A stretch of DNA of 64,000 nucleotides, taken from the NCBI GenBank assembly GCA_951406725.2, contig OX597834.1, positions 23,250,001 to 23,314,000 on the forward strand, written 5' to 3'. Shown piece by piece: positions 12,417 through 25,276 of the stretch (position 1 is its first letter; the number at the start of each line of letters is the position of its first letter). The notes beneath the pieces were generated by a model. That model saw only the letters and a list, made by a program, of their open reading frames with translations, ran no database searches and was not told the DNA's origin. Made by a program: the position numbers and the translations under genes. Origin of the DNA: Octopus vulgaris. Taxonomy: Eukaryota.

Positions 12417-12792
12417 GGCTGTGTGGTAAGTAGCTTGCTAACCAACCACATGGTTCCGGGTTCAGTCCCACTGCGTGGCATCTTGGGCAAGTGTCTTCTG
12501 CTATAGCCCTGGGCCGACCAATGCCTTGTCAGTGGATTTGGTAGACGGAAACTGAAAGAAGCCTGTCGTATATATGTATGTATATATGTGTTTGTGTGTG
12601 TGTGTTTGTCCCCCTAGCATTGCTTGACAACCGATGCTGGTGTGTTTACGTCCCCGTCACTTAGCGGTTCGGCAAAAGAGACCGATAGAATAAGTACTGG
12701 GCTTACAAAGAATAAGTCCCGGGGTCGATTTGCTCGACTAAAGGCGGTGCTCCAGCATGGCCGCAGTCAACTGACTGAAACAAGTAAAAGAG
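12417..12792 (+). mobile_element. tRNA-derived SINE family A (representative; other copies near 765-930, 5425-5810, 33707-34100, 63870-64000)
   Basis: GGCTGTGTGGTAAG...GGTTCAGTCCCACTGCGTGGCA head and CCAGCATGGCCGCAGTCAA...GAAACAAGTAAAAGA tail, repeated across the window. Confidence 0.85.
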
Positions 12793-13239
12793 TATCACCT
12801 TTAAACCGAATTGAGTGTTAGCCCCAATTTTCACCCACACCCCTTATTTTTTTAAACAAAACAACCTAATTTTGGTGTAATTTTGCAATAGCGACTAGCC
12901 CTCAAAAACCCTGCCACAGGGAATGGAAATGGGTAGTGATGTATGAGAGCAAAAGAAATATTTACACACGGCGCACACACATACAAAATCCTGACCTAAA
13001 TCTGTTTCTAACTAAAAATAATTTTTAAAACTTTTTTTTTTTTGAATTAAAAGAAATTTTCAGATTCTGAATCTTTGACATTGAAATCTGAAAGCCATTT
13101 GATTTTTATTAAGTAAAATAAAGAATTAAAGTACGAGGGTGAAAGATCCATGTTAAAACGATTATATGCTATTTTCTCTTCCAATTAATTCTTCAAAGCT
13201 CATCCAGAACTTTCCATTTTCTATATGTACTAAACACAG

Positions 13240-13309
13240 CTTCAGCATGAACCAGAACCATCAGATCTCTTCAAACCTGCCACTTTTTTACAAGTTACAC
13301 CCAAACCTG
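13240..13309 (+). CDS. PIH1D1: PIH1D1 exon 2
   Basis: cag|LQHEPEPSDLFKPATFLQVTPKP-G|gtaagt; phase 0 to 1. An alternative in-frame acceptor would start the exon at 13246. Confidence 0.8.
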
Positions 13310-14177
13310 GTAAGTGGACCTTTTTACACAGGTCTAAGTCTGTCACTTTTATTCAGATTTACCCCTTTACTCAAATATAAATATTGAGGTGTACTCCTTA
13401 TTCAGATATAAGCTGGTCCTTTACTCAAGGGTTACTGGGCCCTGTATTTATATGTAAGTCTTGCATTAACTAAAGATGGTCCTCTTTACTCAGTTGTGAA
13501 ATCCTACAATTAGATCCACCCAGACAAGTACTGTTTATATTAGAAATCATTAATTATTTGTAATATTATATTCTGCGATGGTCTAATATGTATGTAACTA
13601 TGGAATGAAATGTGAAGGTGCATGGCTTAGTGGTTCAGGTATTTGGCCCACATTCCTGAGTTCAATTCTCAGTGGTGTGTTGTGTTCTTGACCAAGACAT
13701 TTTATTTCAAAAATGAGTTGACTGGGACTGTAGGCTCAAGTCCAGCCATATGCATTTTTCTCTAATACCCAGAGGAACTAAGCAGCATTTTGCCTGTTTT
13801 TATGATCTGAGTTCAAATTTTGCCAAGGTCAGCTTTGCCTTTTATCCTTTTGGGATTGATAAAATAAGTACCGGTTGAACTCAGAATACCAGAGCACTGG
13901 GGTTGAACTTGAGTACCAAAACTCTTTCTTTCATCCTTTTGGAGTCAATAAAATAGTAATGGTTGACTTTGCCATTCGTCCTTTTGGGGGTCGATGAAAT
14001 AAATACCAGTTGAACTTGAACATCCGAGCACTGTTGTTGATGTAATCAACTTAACCCCACACCCTAAATTGCTGGCCTTGGGCTAAAATTTAAAACCAAT
14101 ATGTATTTGTGTGTTTGCTTATATATAATATTAATGTGTTTATTATATGTTCTGATGGTTTCATTTGTAATTTTCAG

Positions 14178-14245
14178 GTTTCTGTATCAAAGTGAAAGAT
14201 GAAGAAGATAAAAAAGTCTTCATTAATATTTGTCAAGCTGACAAT
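14178..14245 (+). CDS. PIH1D1: PIH1D1 exon 3
   Basis: GFCIKVKDEEDKKVFINICQADN, the PIH1 signature GFCIK...KVFINIC including the lysines that bind phospho-DSDD motifs. Confidence 0.95.
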
Positions 14246-14826
14246 GTACGTATATTTGGAAATTGTATTAATTAAATTATTGTTCATGTTTAATGCTGGG
14301 TCTCAGGCTTGATTCAGCGAATATATAATCAAAGACATTCCAACTGTGACCACCATTGTGTATTCAAATAAAGTGCATCAAGCACTATGTTATTTAATGT
14401 TCCTCCTTGTTACCATTTAACCTGAGGACATTCCTGATTCTACAGGTTTATGATCATAGATGTTCCAGCTGCAACCATCTTGTCTTTTATTGATGTAGTG
14501 CATCTAGGAGTACATTTTCTAATGTGTCCTTTGTTGTTGTTGCTGTTAACCCCATGATTCAGCAGATTTATGATCTACAATGTTCCATCTGTGACCTTTG
14601 TGTCTTTTTTTTTTTTAAGACATAGTGTATCTAGGACTACATTATCTTATGTGACCTTCCTTGTTGCTATTGTTCCAGTGGGGAGGGTTCTGAGCCTCAG
14701 AAAATGACTGGTTGGTCAGAACCAGAACACCTTTAATGATTGGTCTGTTTCATCAGTTCTGACCCAGGGCTAAACTACAACATCAAGAACAATAATAACA
14801 GCAACATTTTTCTGTTGATGTTTCAG

Positions 14827-14944
14827 GTTCCAATACCTGAGGAAATATCTGACGAGAAATTAATGGAATTGCTGGATTCTGAAGTTCCAACTGATTACCG
14901 AATCCCGATGAGTCTCGGAGAATCTCACCCAGAACTCGATAAAA
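14827..14944 (+). CDS. PIH1D1: PIH1D1 exon 4
   Basis: VPIPEEISDEKLMELLDSEVPTDYRIPMSLGESHPELDK, matching PIH1D1 FRIPMSLGEPHAELD. Confidence 0.95.
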
Positions 14945-16661
14945 GTAATTTTAGCTCTTATTTTTATTTCTGTCTGTTTGTTTTATCTATTCTTTTACTA
15001 ATTTCAATCATTGTGATGTGGTCATACTGGGGCACAACATCTACAAGGAGTTTTAGTTGATTGTATTAAACGGCGAGCTGGTAGAAATGTTAGCACACCG
15101 GGTGAAACGCTTTGCGGTATTTTGTCTGCCGTTACGTTCTGAGTTCAAATTCCGCCATGGTCGACTTTGCCTTTCATCCTTTTGGGGTCGATAAATTAAG
15201 TACCAGTTACGTACTGGGGTCGATGTGATCGACTTAATCCATTTGTCTGTTCTTGTTTGTACCCTCTGTGTTTAGCCCCTTGTGGGTAGTAAAGAAATAT
15301 GTATTAAATCTCAGGATTTTGTCTGGGAGGCAGGGGATTGGTAGAATTAATCGAGCATCAAAGTTCCTGATGGTATTCATTCTGGTTCTTTACATTCCAA
15401 GTTCAAATCTCAACAAGATCAGCTTTGCCTTTAATCTTTCCTGAATCAATTAAATAAAATATCAATCCAGGACATGCATTGACAGAATTGGTAGAGCATG
15501 AAGTAAAATTGTTTGTGCTATTTGTTCTGGTTCGTCACACTCTGAGTTCAAATTCTGCTAAGGTCATCTTTGCCTACTATTTTGTTTAGCCACTGGTTAG
15601 CCTTGATCCGCCTGTCCTATAGTCAAATCCAATCTCAATGTGACCACCTTGTCCTTCCCTTTTGGAGAGGATAACTTGATACAAAAGATTTGATTTTTAT
15701 ATCTAGTAATTTAAGTAATCATTTTGATGCTCTCTCATTGTCTTCTCTGTGTTTATTCATTGGTGGAGAGGAGAGAGAGTCCATTATCCAACATTCTGGA
15801 GAATTGATGACAAATATCCTTCTGTCCTTGTATTATTAGGTCAATGAACGACCCTCGGTGACATCCTATGTCCTTTCTACTAAAGGCACAAAGACTGAAA
15901 TTTGTGGGGAGGGAACTAGTCGATTACATCAACCCCAGTGTTTCACTGGTATTTAATTTACTGACCCCAAAAGGATGAAAGGCAAAGTCAACCTCAGCGG
16001 AATTTGAACTCGATGGGTGAAATACCACTAAGCATTCCATCCTGCATGCTAATGATTCTGCCAGTTCATTGCCTTTCACCACCCTAATAATGATAATGAT
16101 AGGGCAGCAAGCCTGGCAGAATCATTAGCATGCTGGGCAAAATGATTTGTGGTATTTTGTCTGCTGTTACGTTCTGAGTTCAAATTCCACCAAGGTCGAC
16201 TTTGCCTTTCATCCTTTCAGGGTTGATTAAATTAGTACCAATTATGCAATGGGGTCAATGTAATCAAATTAAACCTTTTGTATGTCCTTGTTTGCCTCCT
16301 TTATGTTTAGCCCCCTGTGGGCAATAAAAAAAATCAATAATAATAATAATGATAATAATTATTTCAAAATTTTGCCACAGGGGCAGTTTCAGGAGATGGG
16401 GATGAGTCAATTACATTGACCCCAGTGTTCAACTGGTGCTTATGTTATTGACCCCAAAAGGATGAAAGGTAGATTTGACCTCGGCGAAATTTGAACTCAG
16501 AATGTCAAGATGGATGAAATGCCGCTAAACATTTTGTCTGGTGTGCTAACAATTCTGTCGGCTCACTGCCTTAATAATATAATAATAATAATAATATTTT
16601 TGAATTGTTCCACTTCCTGCCATTGTCATCAATTATCTGATCGAGCTTGATTAGGGTTTAA

Positions 16662-16882
16662 TCCTTTAGCATTTAAACCAGCCATATCCGGCCAAAAGTA
16701 TTCAACCTGTTTTATGTTCAAACTGGCCAGATCTGGCCTCTCACACTGACCCTACAATGTCATTTTAAAAATTAACAGCTACCTCATCAAAATCTCATAG
16801 CTACAAGATAATGCCTGATTAGTTCGAAACAATGTGGATAAAAAAGCATTAATTTTGGCAGAATAATGCGAACACTAAAGGG
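16662..16882. mobile_element. piggyBac-like MITE
   Basis: TTAA on both flanks; TIRs (T)CCTTTAG...CTAAAGGG; related inverted copy near 61687-61905. Confidence 0.75.
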
Positions 16883-16909
16883 TTAAATGATGTTTTTTAT
16901 CCACCCTAG

Positions 16910-17053
16910 GTGGCCAAGCCTGTACAGTCTATGATGTTGTCATCAATCCAAAGTTTTTCGAAAAGATCCAGAAGAATGAGTTGTTCCGAGTATTTATGAT
17001 ATCGATATCTATGGAAGGTTTGGAGGAAAAATACAAAATGAAGCTAAAACGAA
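16910..17053 (+). CDS. PIH1D1: PIH1D1 exon 5
   Basis: SGQACTVYDVVINPKFFEKIQKNELFRVFMISISMEGLEEKYKMKLKR; tag|...|gtgagt, phase 1 to 1. Confidence 0.95.
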
Positions 17054-17387
17054 GTGAGTAAAGCATGAGTTTCATTTGGCTTTTTTTTTAAGCTTTGTGG
17101 TAGAGTCAGGAAAATCATTTAAAATGAACTATGTATTGTTATAGTCCTATATTCTGTGGATGTACATATATATACGCGCACACACATGCACATACATGCG
17201 TACACAAGCACACATATATACATTCATGTGTGATGCAAACAGGGAAAATAGAACTCGAAATATGAGTATATGTATTTTATTTATTAATATTTAGCAGAAG
17301 CAACAGAGTGACGCAAGGGCTAAGAATTGACACTTATCAAACATATATATATATATACTTGGAAATGGATGTCATGTTCAATTAAAT

Positions 17388-17421
17388 AATATATATATGT
17401 ATATATATATGTGTGTGTATG

Positions 17422-17459
<38 letters not shown>

Positions 17460-17536
17460 TATGTATGTATATATATATATATGTATGTATATATATATAT
17501 ATGTATGTATATATATATGTATATATATATGTATGT

Positions 17537-17570
<34 letters not shown>

Positions 17571-17670
17571 GTATGTATATATATGTATGTATGTATGTAT
17601 ATATATGTATGTATGTATATATATATATATATGTATGTATGTATATGTGTGTATGTATATATATATACAT
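17388..17670. repeat. Compound (TA)n/(TATG)n microsatellite
   Basis: Directly visible; source of the YI/MY-rich spurious ORFs. Confidence 0.95.
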
Positions 17671-17812
17671 ACACGGGGAGAAACTAGAAGTAGTTGATAG
17701 TTTCCGCTACCTAGGTGACCAAGTTAGTAGTGGGGGTGGATGCTCAGAGAGTGTTACCACTAGAATAAGAATAGCCTGGGCAAAGTTTAGAAAGCTCCTA
17801 CCCCTACTGGGG
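17671..17812 (+). mobile_element. RTE-clade LINE reverse-transcriptase fragment
   Basis: [45 protein letters not shown]. Confidence 0.8.
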
Positions 17813-18537
17813 ACAAAAAGCATGCAAAAAGCACCAACCAATTGTTGCCACTGCCAACCTGCAAGACTAAGATCCTAATTGACTGAGTGGAACTACAGTA
17901 GGGAGATGGTGGTGAGGGAGCAGAACAGAACAGGTTTCTTGTTGTAAAAGCTACATGGCTACCCACATTATTGAAGAGAGGATGGGAATGATGAGGTTGA
18001 AGCTGGATAGGGATAAAAATGGTGGTGAAGTATCATGGTGAACCCTCAAAGTATATGGTGAGGGAGTGATTTCAATGGATGAAGAACCAGTTTTGAGGAA
18101 TGGCAAATATAGATGAGAGGGAATATATGAAGGGTAGGTGGTGACTGTAAGTCTTGGGTAGGGTTCGGGAGTGGATGTAATGAATGGTAGGCAAGGATGA
18201 AGGGGTAATTGATAATACATATGAGCTGGGGAAAGTAGGTGATGACTGACAGTACAGGAAGGGATGAAGAGCAGTAGACAGGGAAAAGAAGAGAGAAAGA
18301 TGGTTCTTTTGGAGTGGCTACTGTTGTAGATGAGTTGCCTTAACCCCAGTTACTTGACTGTTGTTGTTGTTATCGATGAACAGGTAGAGATCTTAAAACA
18401 ATTTATAAAATTTTTAAAAATAAGATATGTTTGTATATTGAAAGAGGTTGATATGTGAATTTTCATTGAGGTAGGGCATGGTGCTGCTAACTGTTGTCAT
18501 CTTGTGTTTCTTTATTCCAATTGTTCATTTTTACCAG

Positions 18538-18634
18538 AATCTTGGGTGATGTTGAAGAACAAGAAGTTCATGGGAAGTATAGCACCACAGAACATTCGCA
18601 ACAAATCAAAATCCTTGATTAGTGAAGTCTCTGA
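18538..18634 (+). CDS. PIH1D1: PIH1D1 exon 6
   Basis: KSWVMLKNKKFMGSIAPQNIRNKSKSLISEVS, matching WRMMKNRPFMGSISQQNIR; phase 1 to 2. Confidence 0.95.
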
Positions 18635-19389
18635 GTAAGTAACCTTTTCTTCTTTCAGGAAAAGTGAAAGTGCAAAATAAATCTTGAGGTCTGAGAGAGT
18701 TAAACCATTTCCTAAGAACTGGGACTCTGTCTGTTTTTGCATTGATGAAGGTTCCAGTTGGTTCAATCAATGGCACAGTCTGTTCGTGAAATTAATGTGC
18801 AAGCGGCTGAGTACTCCACAGACTTGTGTACCTTTAATATAGTCCTCAGGGAGATTCAGCATGACACAGAATGTGGCAAAGTTGGCCCTTTTTGAAATAC
18901 AAGTACTACTCATTTTTGCCAGCTGAGTGAACTGCAGCATCATAAAATAAAGTGTCTTGCTCAAGGACACAATGCACTACCAGTAATTGAACCCATGACC
19001 TTACAATTGTGAGCCGAATGATATACTAACCACTGAGCCGTGTTTTCACGAGACCAATCTCGTGACATCTTTTCTGTTAACATTGCTTATTCTCATTTTC
19101 AATTATGATAGATCAATGGAAAAAAGGAAGGAAAATATCTATTTCCACTCTTTGCGTTTCTAATGGTAGTTAAATAAAATACTCAGGGTACTTTCGAGGA
19201 AGGGGCCAAGGCAGTTACTTGAACCCAAGGAGGCTCAATTAGTATTTATTTTATTGATTTCAAATGGATGAAAAGCAAAGGTTGACTTTAGCAAAGAGCT
19301 GGTGCACATTTATATGACATTTTATATGACAACCAGTCATTAACAACAGCAATTTAATAACCATTGTGTTTGTCTTTGGTTTCTTACAG

Positions 19390-19476
19390 TAATGTAGGGT
19401 CAGAGTCCAGTCTACAGCCTGCAGCACCATCTACTCCACTGATCAAAGAAATATCCAGCCATGCAGTGCAACATAT
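19390..19476 (+). CDS. PIH1D1: PIH1D1 exon 7 (linker)
   Basis: tacag|(D)NVGSESSLQPAAPSTPLIKEISSHAVQH|gtatgt; 87 nt, phase 2 to 2, open frame. Confidence 0.75.
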
Positions 19477-20079
19477 GTATGTATTTTCTTACTTTATATA
19501 ATTCTAAAATGATATAATAATAGGTACAGGTGTGGTTAAAAGGCTTACTTCTCAACCACATGGTTCTGGGTTCGGTCCTATTGCATGACACCGTGGATGT
19601 CCTCTGCTATAACCCCAAAGCCAAAACCTTCTGGGTAGATCTTTTAATCAGAAACTGAATGAAGCCTGTTGTGTTTGTGTGTGTATATATATATATATAT
19701 AGATGAATGAATTATCCTTTGTTTACCGTTAACATGGAAAATTCAATAAACAGTTACCAGGGTAGCCAAATTCACGCAAGTAACAAGGATGTAGCGGCCT
19801 ATTCAAAGGTAGAAACTTCAGGTTCATGTGCAGTAATTTGTGTAGTATAATTTCTGTTTATCATTTATACAGTCATCAAAATTGTTATAATGTCTTGTTG
19901 AGATAGGTTCTCTTTCTTTCCTGATGAGAAGATTGCATTTTACACCATTTATTCCTTTGGAATAAAACCAATGTTGTCTTTGAAACATATTTCAAAAGTA
20001 AAAGAATTTGAATAGCATCTGCATTCAACTCCAGCTTCAAATAGATGCCCCAGCCCTTCAAAAGTACCTTGGACTGCAG

Positions 20080-20633
20080 GATGGCCTGCTGCACTTAACT
20101 TGGATCGTAGGGTGACCTGCTGTGCTTGAGGAAACCTATTGAGTCAAGTACATCACCATCAACATCAAAAAATCAAATGGAAATTGTAGTTGTGATACCT
20201 GTGCCAGTGGAACCTAAAAAAGCACCATCCATACGTGGCCGATGCCAGTACTGCCTTGACTGGCTTCCGTGCTGGTGACACATAAAAAGCACCAACCGAT
20301 CGTGGCCGTTGCCAGCCTCCCCTGGCACTTGTGCCAGTGGCACGTAAAAAGCACCATCTGTACGTGGTCGATGCCAGCTCCGCCTTCATTGGCTTCCGTG
20401 CCAGTGGCACGTAAAATGCACCAACCGATCGTGGACGTTGCCAGCCTCCCCTGGCACGTAAAAAGCATCCACTACACTCACGGAGTGGTTGGCATTAGGC
20501 AGGGCATCCAGCTGTAGAAACACTGCCAGATCAGACTGAAGCCTGGTGCAGCCTCCTGGGTTCCCAGACCCCGGTTGAACCTTCCAACCCATGCCAGCAT
20601 GGAAAACGGACGTTAAACGATGATGATGATGAT
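20080..20633 (+). mobile_element. Non-autonomous retroposon with (GAT)n tail and internal tandem duplications (copies near 21860-22067, 38140-38500, 62140-62360)
   Basis: Shared end AGGGCATCCAGCTGTAGAAAC...CCAACCCATGCCAGCATGGAAAACGGACGTTAAACGATGATGAT; repeated GGCACGTAAAAAGCACC units at 20200-20470. Confidence 0.75.
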
Positions 20634-20634
20634 A

Positions 20635-20840
20635 TAGTTAATCCAAACATGAAAGCACAAAGAGAAAACGCAACAATGCGAGGACATAGAACAAGTATAG
20701 TGTTATTGGACGCTCAGGAAAGGAAAGAAAGAAGGAGGATTTAATGTTTCGAGCGGAGCTCTTCGTCAGAAACATAGAAAAAGGAAAGGTCCAAGGAAGG
20801 GAAGACGGAGAAAGAAAATCGTCAGTGATACACACGCAGT
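20635..20840 (-). mobile_element. Penelope-like terminal fragment with minimal hammerhead motif (20739-20773)
   Basis: Minus strand GTTT-CTGACGA-A-GAGC-TCC-GCTC-GAAA-CATT-AAAT; homologous to 26270-26462 and 56258-56440. Confidence 0.65.
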
Positions 20841-21040
20841 ATAATGGGCTTCTTTCAGTTTCCATCTACCAAAGATACTTGCCTAAAGTGCCACACTGTG
20901 GGACTGAACTCAGAACCATGTAGTTGGAAAGTAGCCACACCTGTGCCTATGTCAGTAATTACTATTATTATCATTATTGTTCTTGTTAGCAGCTCTTATT
21001 TGAGTTATTAATAAGCCATGTGTTGTTTTATGTTTAACAG

Positions 21041-21128
21041 TGGAGAAAAGCCTTTGTATAAATTGCTGAAAGACCCTGCCCAAGGACATCCAGAATTTAT
21101 GGTAGCAGAAATAAACCTTCCCAAAATT
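21041..21128 (+). CDS. PIH1D1: PIH1D1 exon 8
   Basis: (I)GEKPLYKLLKDPAQGHPEFMVAEINLPKI|gtaagt; start of the CS domain; phase 2 to 0. Confidence 0.9.
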
Positions 21129-22470
21129 GTAAGTAAATTTATGTTTTGCACTTTTATAGGTTTTTGATATTCCCTCATCAAAGACTTGTTTCTCATGGCA
21201 GATAAAACTTATTTTGGATAAATGTCTCTGCTATATATTTTCTCAGTTTCTTGAGGAGGCTGTGAAAATTGACCATTTCTTCTGTACATGTAACAGTTAG
21301 AAATTCTAACTCACTGACACACTTCCATCCTCTGACTGACAGCTGTACTGTCTCCTCTCTGCTGCTATAATCACTGTTGCTCCTTGGAGCTGGCTGGGCT
21401 CACATTCCTCCTTCCTGCTTAGGCACTCCATCCCATTCACTTCTCCACCTCCCATTACCCTTGTTATATCCAATGCCCCTCCTTCACCAGGCCCTTCCTT
21501 TATGCTAATCACTACACTCAGGCCTCTGTATGCTGTAGCAAAAGCAACCCATTTAGGAAATCAGCAACTCCAAATAAAAGCTTATGGTTGTAAAATACTC
21601 AAACTACAGACAGCCTCTCACTCTGTGTGTGTGTCTGTATATATATCACCATCATCATCATCATCCACTTTCCATGCTGGCATGGGTTGGACAGTTTGAC
21701 TGGAACTGGTAAACCAGAGAGCTGCACCAGGTTCCAGTCTGATTTGGCTTGGCTTCTATGGCCGGACGCCCTTCCTAAATGTTATTGATTGCTTATACGT
21801 AGTGTGTTCGTTTGCTTCACTCCGTTTCCATGTAAGTCAGAGACCAGCGATTTACTTTGTGCCAGCCCCCTCTGGCTCCTGTGCTGGTGGCACACAAAAA
21901 GCACCCACTGTATTCTCGGAGTGGTTGGCGTTAGGAAGGGCATCCAGCTGTAGAAACACTGCCAGATCAGATTGGAGCCTGGTGCAGCTTCCTGGCTTCC
22001 CAGACCCCAGTTGAACCGTCCAACCCATGCCAGCTTGGAAAACAGACGTTAAATGATGATGATGATGGTGTTGATAAGCCTGGTCTGTAACTATTCAGAC
22101 ATCTTTGGTTACAAGTTTACTTCATAAGGGTCTCACTTGAGACCAAACAAAGAACACGTTAAATAATGTAGTCCTAAATGCACCATTGTCATCCTTTTTG
22201 CACCTACTTTCCCATCCTTGAATGAGTCGGATGGAATTCATTGAGACAGATTTCCTTCAACCAGATGCTCTACTTGTTGCCAGGTTACCTAAAATCAAAA
22301 GCCTGTTCTGTCTGGACTATCCTTGGGCTAAAAAACAACACTCATCATTATCATCCTTACTGTTACAATGTCTGTTCTCTTTGTGCCTTTATGAATCAAA
22401 TTCTTTTGTCTCGTCTGAACTTCCATATAAAAGCCATTTTTCTTTCTCTGTTCACTTTTCCCTTTCACAG

Positions 22471-22614
22471 AAAATTGCTACGTCATTGATTCTCAATATC
22501 GGAGAAGACCGCTTGCTTCTAGAGACGAGATCGGATGTCTACTTGTTAGATATCTATTTTCCATACAACATCATCCAGGAAAACTGTGGGGCACAGTTCA
22601 ATAGAAAAACTAAG
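22471..22614 (+). CDS. PIH1D1: PIH1D1 exon 9
   Basis: KIATSLILNIGEDRLLLETRSDVYLLDIYFPYNIIQENCGAQFNRKTK|gtaatt; CS domain. Confidence 0.95.
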
Positions 22615-23312
22615 GTAATTATCAAAGATTATCAGTGCTTATTTAAAATTAATTAGTTTGTACATGCAGTGACATCTAAGATATTTGGATTTACTCCTGC
22701 ACCCATTACACTCTCAGAATGATTGGCATGTTAGGAAGGGCATCCAGCCATAGAAAACCATGCTAAGTCAGACTGGAGTCTCGTACAGCTTTCCAATTTA
22801 CTAGCTCTGGTCAAAATGTCCAACCCATGCCAGCATGGACAACAAACGTTAAAGGATGATGATGATGATGATATATATATGAATAACAACAGATGGGTTG
22901 TGGTTCATTACAGCTGTTTAAGATGTGTTTTTTTTTTTTTTGTTGACGTGTTACATCATGCGGAAAAATGTGTTTTCATCAACTGGATACATGTAGGAAT
23001 TAAACCTTTTGGACATCTCAGTAACAAAGTCAAAAGTACCATTTTTTGGAGTCTACTGACCAAAATTCGGTCAGATAGTGACTAAACCACTGTAGCATGT
23101 AGCTATACAGAGGAAACAGGTGACTTGATTGGGGAGGTGAGAGGAAGGGGATAATAGTGGGGGAGAAATGTGGAAGAGAGGAGAGGTAAGGAAATCTATT
23201 TTAGTTAGATTACAGGGTTCTGACACAAACTCATTAAAATGCAATAAAAGTGGAAGGCTGAAGAACATATTGTTTATATAGACTTGCATTTGTGTACAAA
23301 GATATACACAAG

Positions 23313-23736
23313 GAATCTGTCCAGAGACATGCAACCAAACGCATACCCTCCATCAGACACCTACCATATTCTGAGTGCCTTGTTTCCCTGGGCATGGATT
23401 CACTGAAGCTCTGGCGTCTGGCGACGGACTTGGTAAACACCCACAAAGTTATCAACCACCTCACCAACAACAACACTGAACACCTTTTTGATCTCCATGT
23501 GTCTAACACACGTGGACATGCCTACAAAGTCAGAAAACAACACAGCTCCCATGACTTTCGGAAACATTTTTTCACGCTCAGAGTTGCTGAAGCATGGAAT
23601 AAACTGCCTGCGTCAGTTGTTGACTGCCATGACACTGCATCCTTTAAGGCCCTCATGCTTTCCGAAATCCGCCGAAACTACACCTGATTATATATACACT
23701 TTAGATGAGTTGTAGTGCACCTGAGCACTGTACACA

Positions 23737-23770
<34 letters not shown>
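23313..23770 (+). mobile_element. CR1/L2-clade LINE 3' fragment
   Basis: ESVQRHATKRIPSIRHLPYSECL...SEIRRNYT*, followed by an (ATT)n tail. Confidence 0.85.
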
Positions 23771-23772
<2 letters not shown>

Positions 23773-24780
23773 ATAATAGATTTACTTATGCCCGTATAGA
23801 CACATATTTATCATGCTGTACATTCTTTCAGGATCAATGAAAATAAAAAATACCAATCTGAAGGTGGTGGATGGTTGGAAGTGTTAGAGGGTCCAGTGAA
23901 ATACCTTGTCGTATTTATATTCCTACTGTTTGTGTTTTGACAACAATATCTGTGACACCACTGGTGTCGGTGGCCATCCCTGTGGACAAAAATGTTGGCG
24001 TAGAGAAGGGAATTTTAACACCTGACATGAAATCATCTTCCCTACTTCTCAAGTACTCCTACCCTATCCTTGAGGGGCTTTTTTCCCCCCCTTTTTCCTG
24101 TTCTTTTTCTGTCTTGTTAACCTCACTGGTGCAGGTGGCATGCAAAAAGCACCCAGTTCAATCTGAAAACCAGTTGGCGTTAGGAAAGGTATCCAGCCGT
24201 AGGAACTACGCCAAAGCTGGCATTGGGGCACAAAGCAGTCTTGTGGCTTGCCATGTCCTGTCAAGCCATCCAACCTCTGCCAGCTTAGAGGACTTACACG
24301 AAATGATGATGAGGATTAGGATGATGTGGTTGTGTAACTCTCAATCTTCTGTAAAGAAACAGCCTTTCCAATCCTGTGTGTGTATACATTTATATATGTG
24401 TGTGTGTCTATATATATATATATATATACAGAGAGAGAGAGACATAGTCAACTATGGTTGATGGAGGCCTTTCATACTCATAGAGAGCCGTTTGTAATTT
24501 TTTAAATTTTTATTTCAAATATATTTATTTTCTCAAGAACAAATTAGTCGTGGATGACGCAGTTATCTCCCTTCCATCAATATCTTCACACATACTCCCT
24601 CCTTCCTTACTTACTCACTCACTCACAACTCGAACTCCGAAACTTCAGTTCAACAGAATTTTGTTTATTTGAGTCTGATATCAGTTGATATTTGGGCTCA
24701 AAAGTCATTTAAGATCTCACGCTAGGAAAGAGCAATTATAGGTACAAGAATAGGTCAAGCTTTGCAAAGAACAACCACCA

Positions 24781-24941
24781 TATATGTGTGTGTATGTATA
24801 TGTATGTGTGTGTGTCTATTTGGCTGTATATGTCTATATATATATATATTTGTGTATGTATATATATATATATATGTATTTGTGTGTATATATATATATA
24901 TATTTGTGTATGTATATATATATATATATATATATATGTAT

Positions 24942-25014
<73 letters not shown>

Positions 25015-25235
25015 GTATGTATGTGTATGTATATATATATATTTGTGTATGTATATATATATATATATGTTTGTGTATGTATATATATATATATATGTTT
25101 GTGTATGTATATATATATATATATGTATTTGTGTATGTATATATATATATATGTATTTGTGTATATATATATATATATTTGTGTATGTATATATATATAT
25201 ATGTATTTGTGTGTATATATATATATATATTTGTG

Positions 25236-25276
<41 letters not shown>

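Noticed and set aside
20200-20470. Repeat-spacer-like pattern (GGCACGTAAAAAGCACC units)
   Set aside because: The intervening segments are themselves repeated, it lies inside a retroposon in a eukaryotic intron, and there are no cas genes; not a CRISPR array.
14178-22614. Alternative identity as DNAAF2/kintoun or PIH1D2
   Set aside because: RIPMSLGExHxELD, KNKxFMGSI, the 312-aa length with one CS domain and the ALDH16 neighbour all fit PIH1D1 better.
23871-24461. 196-aa plus-strand ORF
   Set aside because: It crosses SINE and retroposon fragments and a microsatellite inside a PIH1D1 intron, with no recognisable domain.
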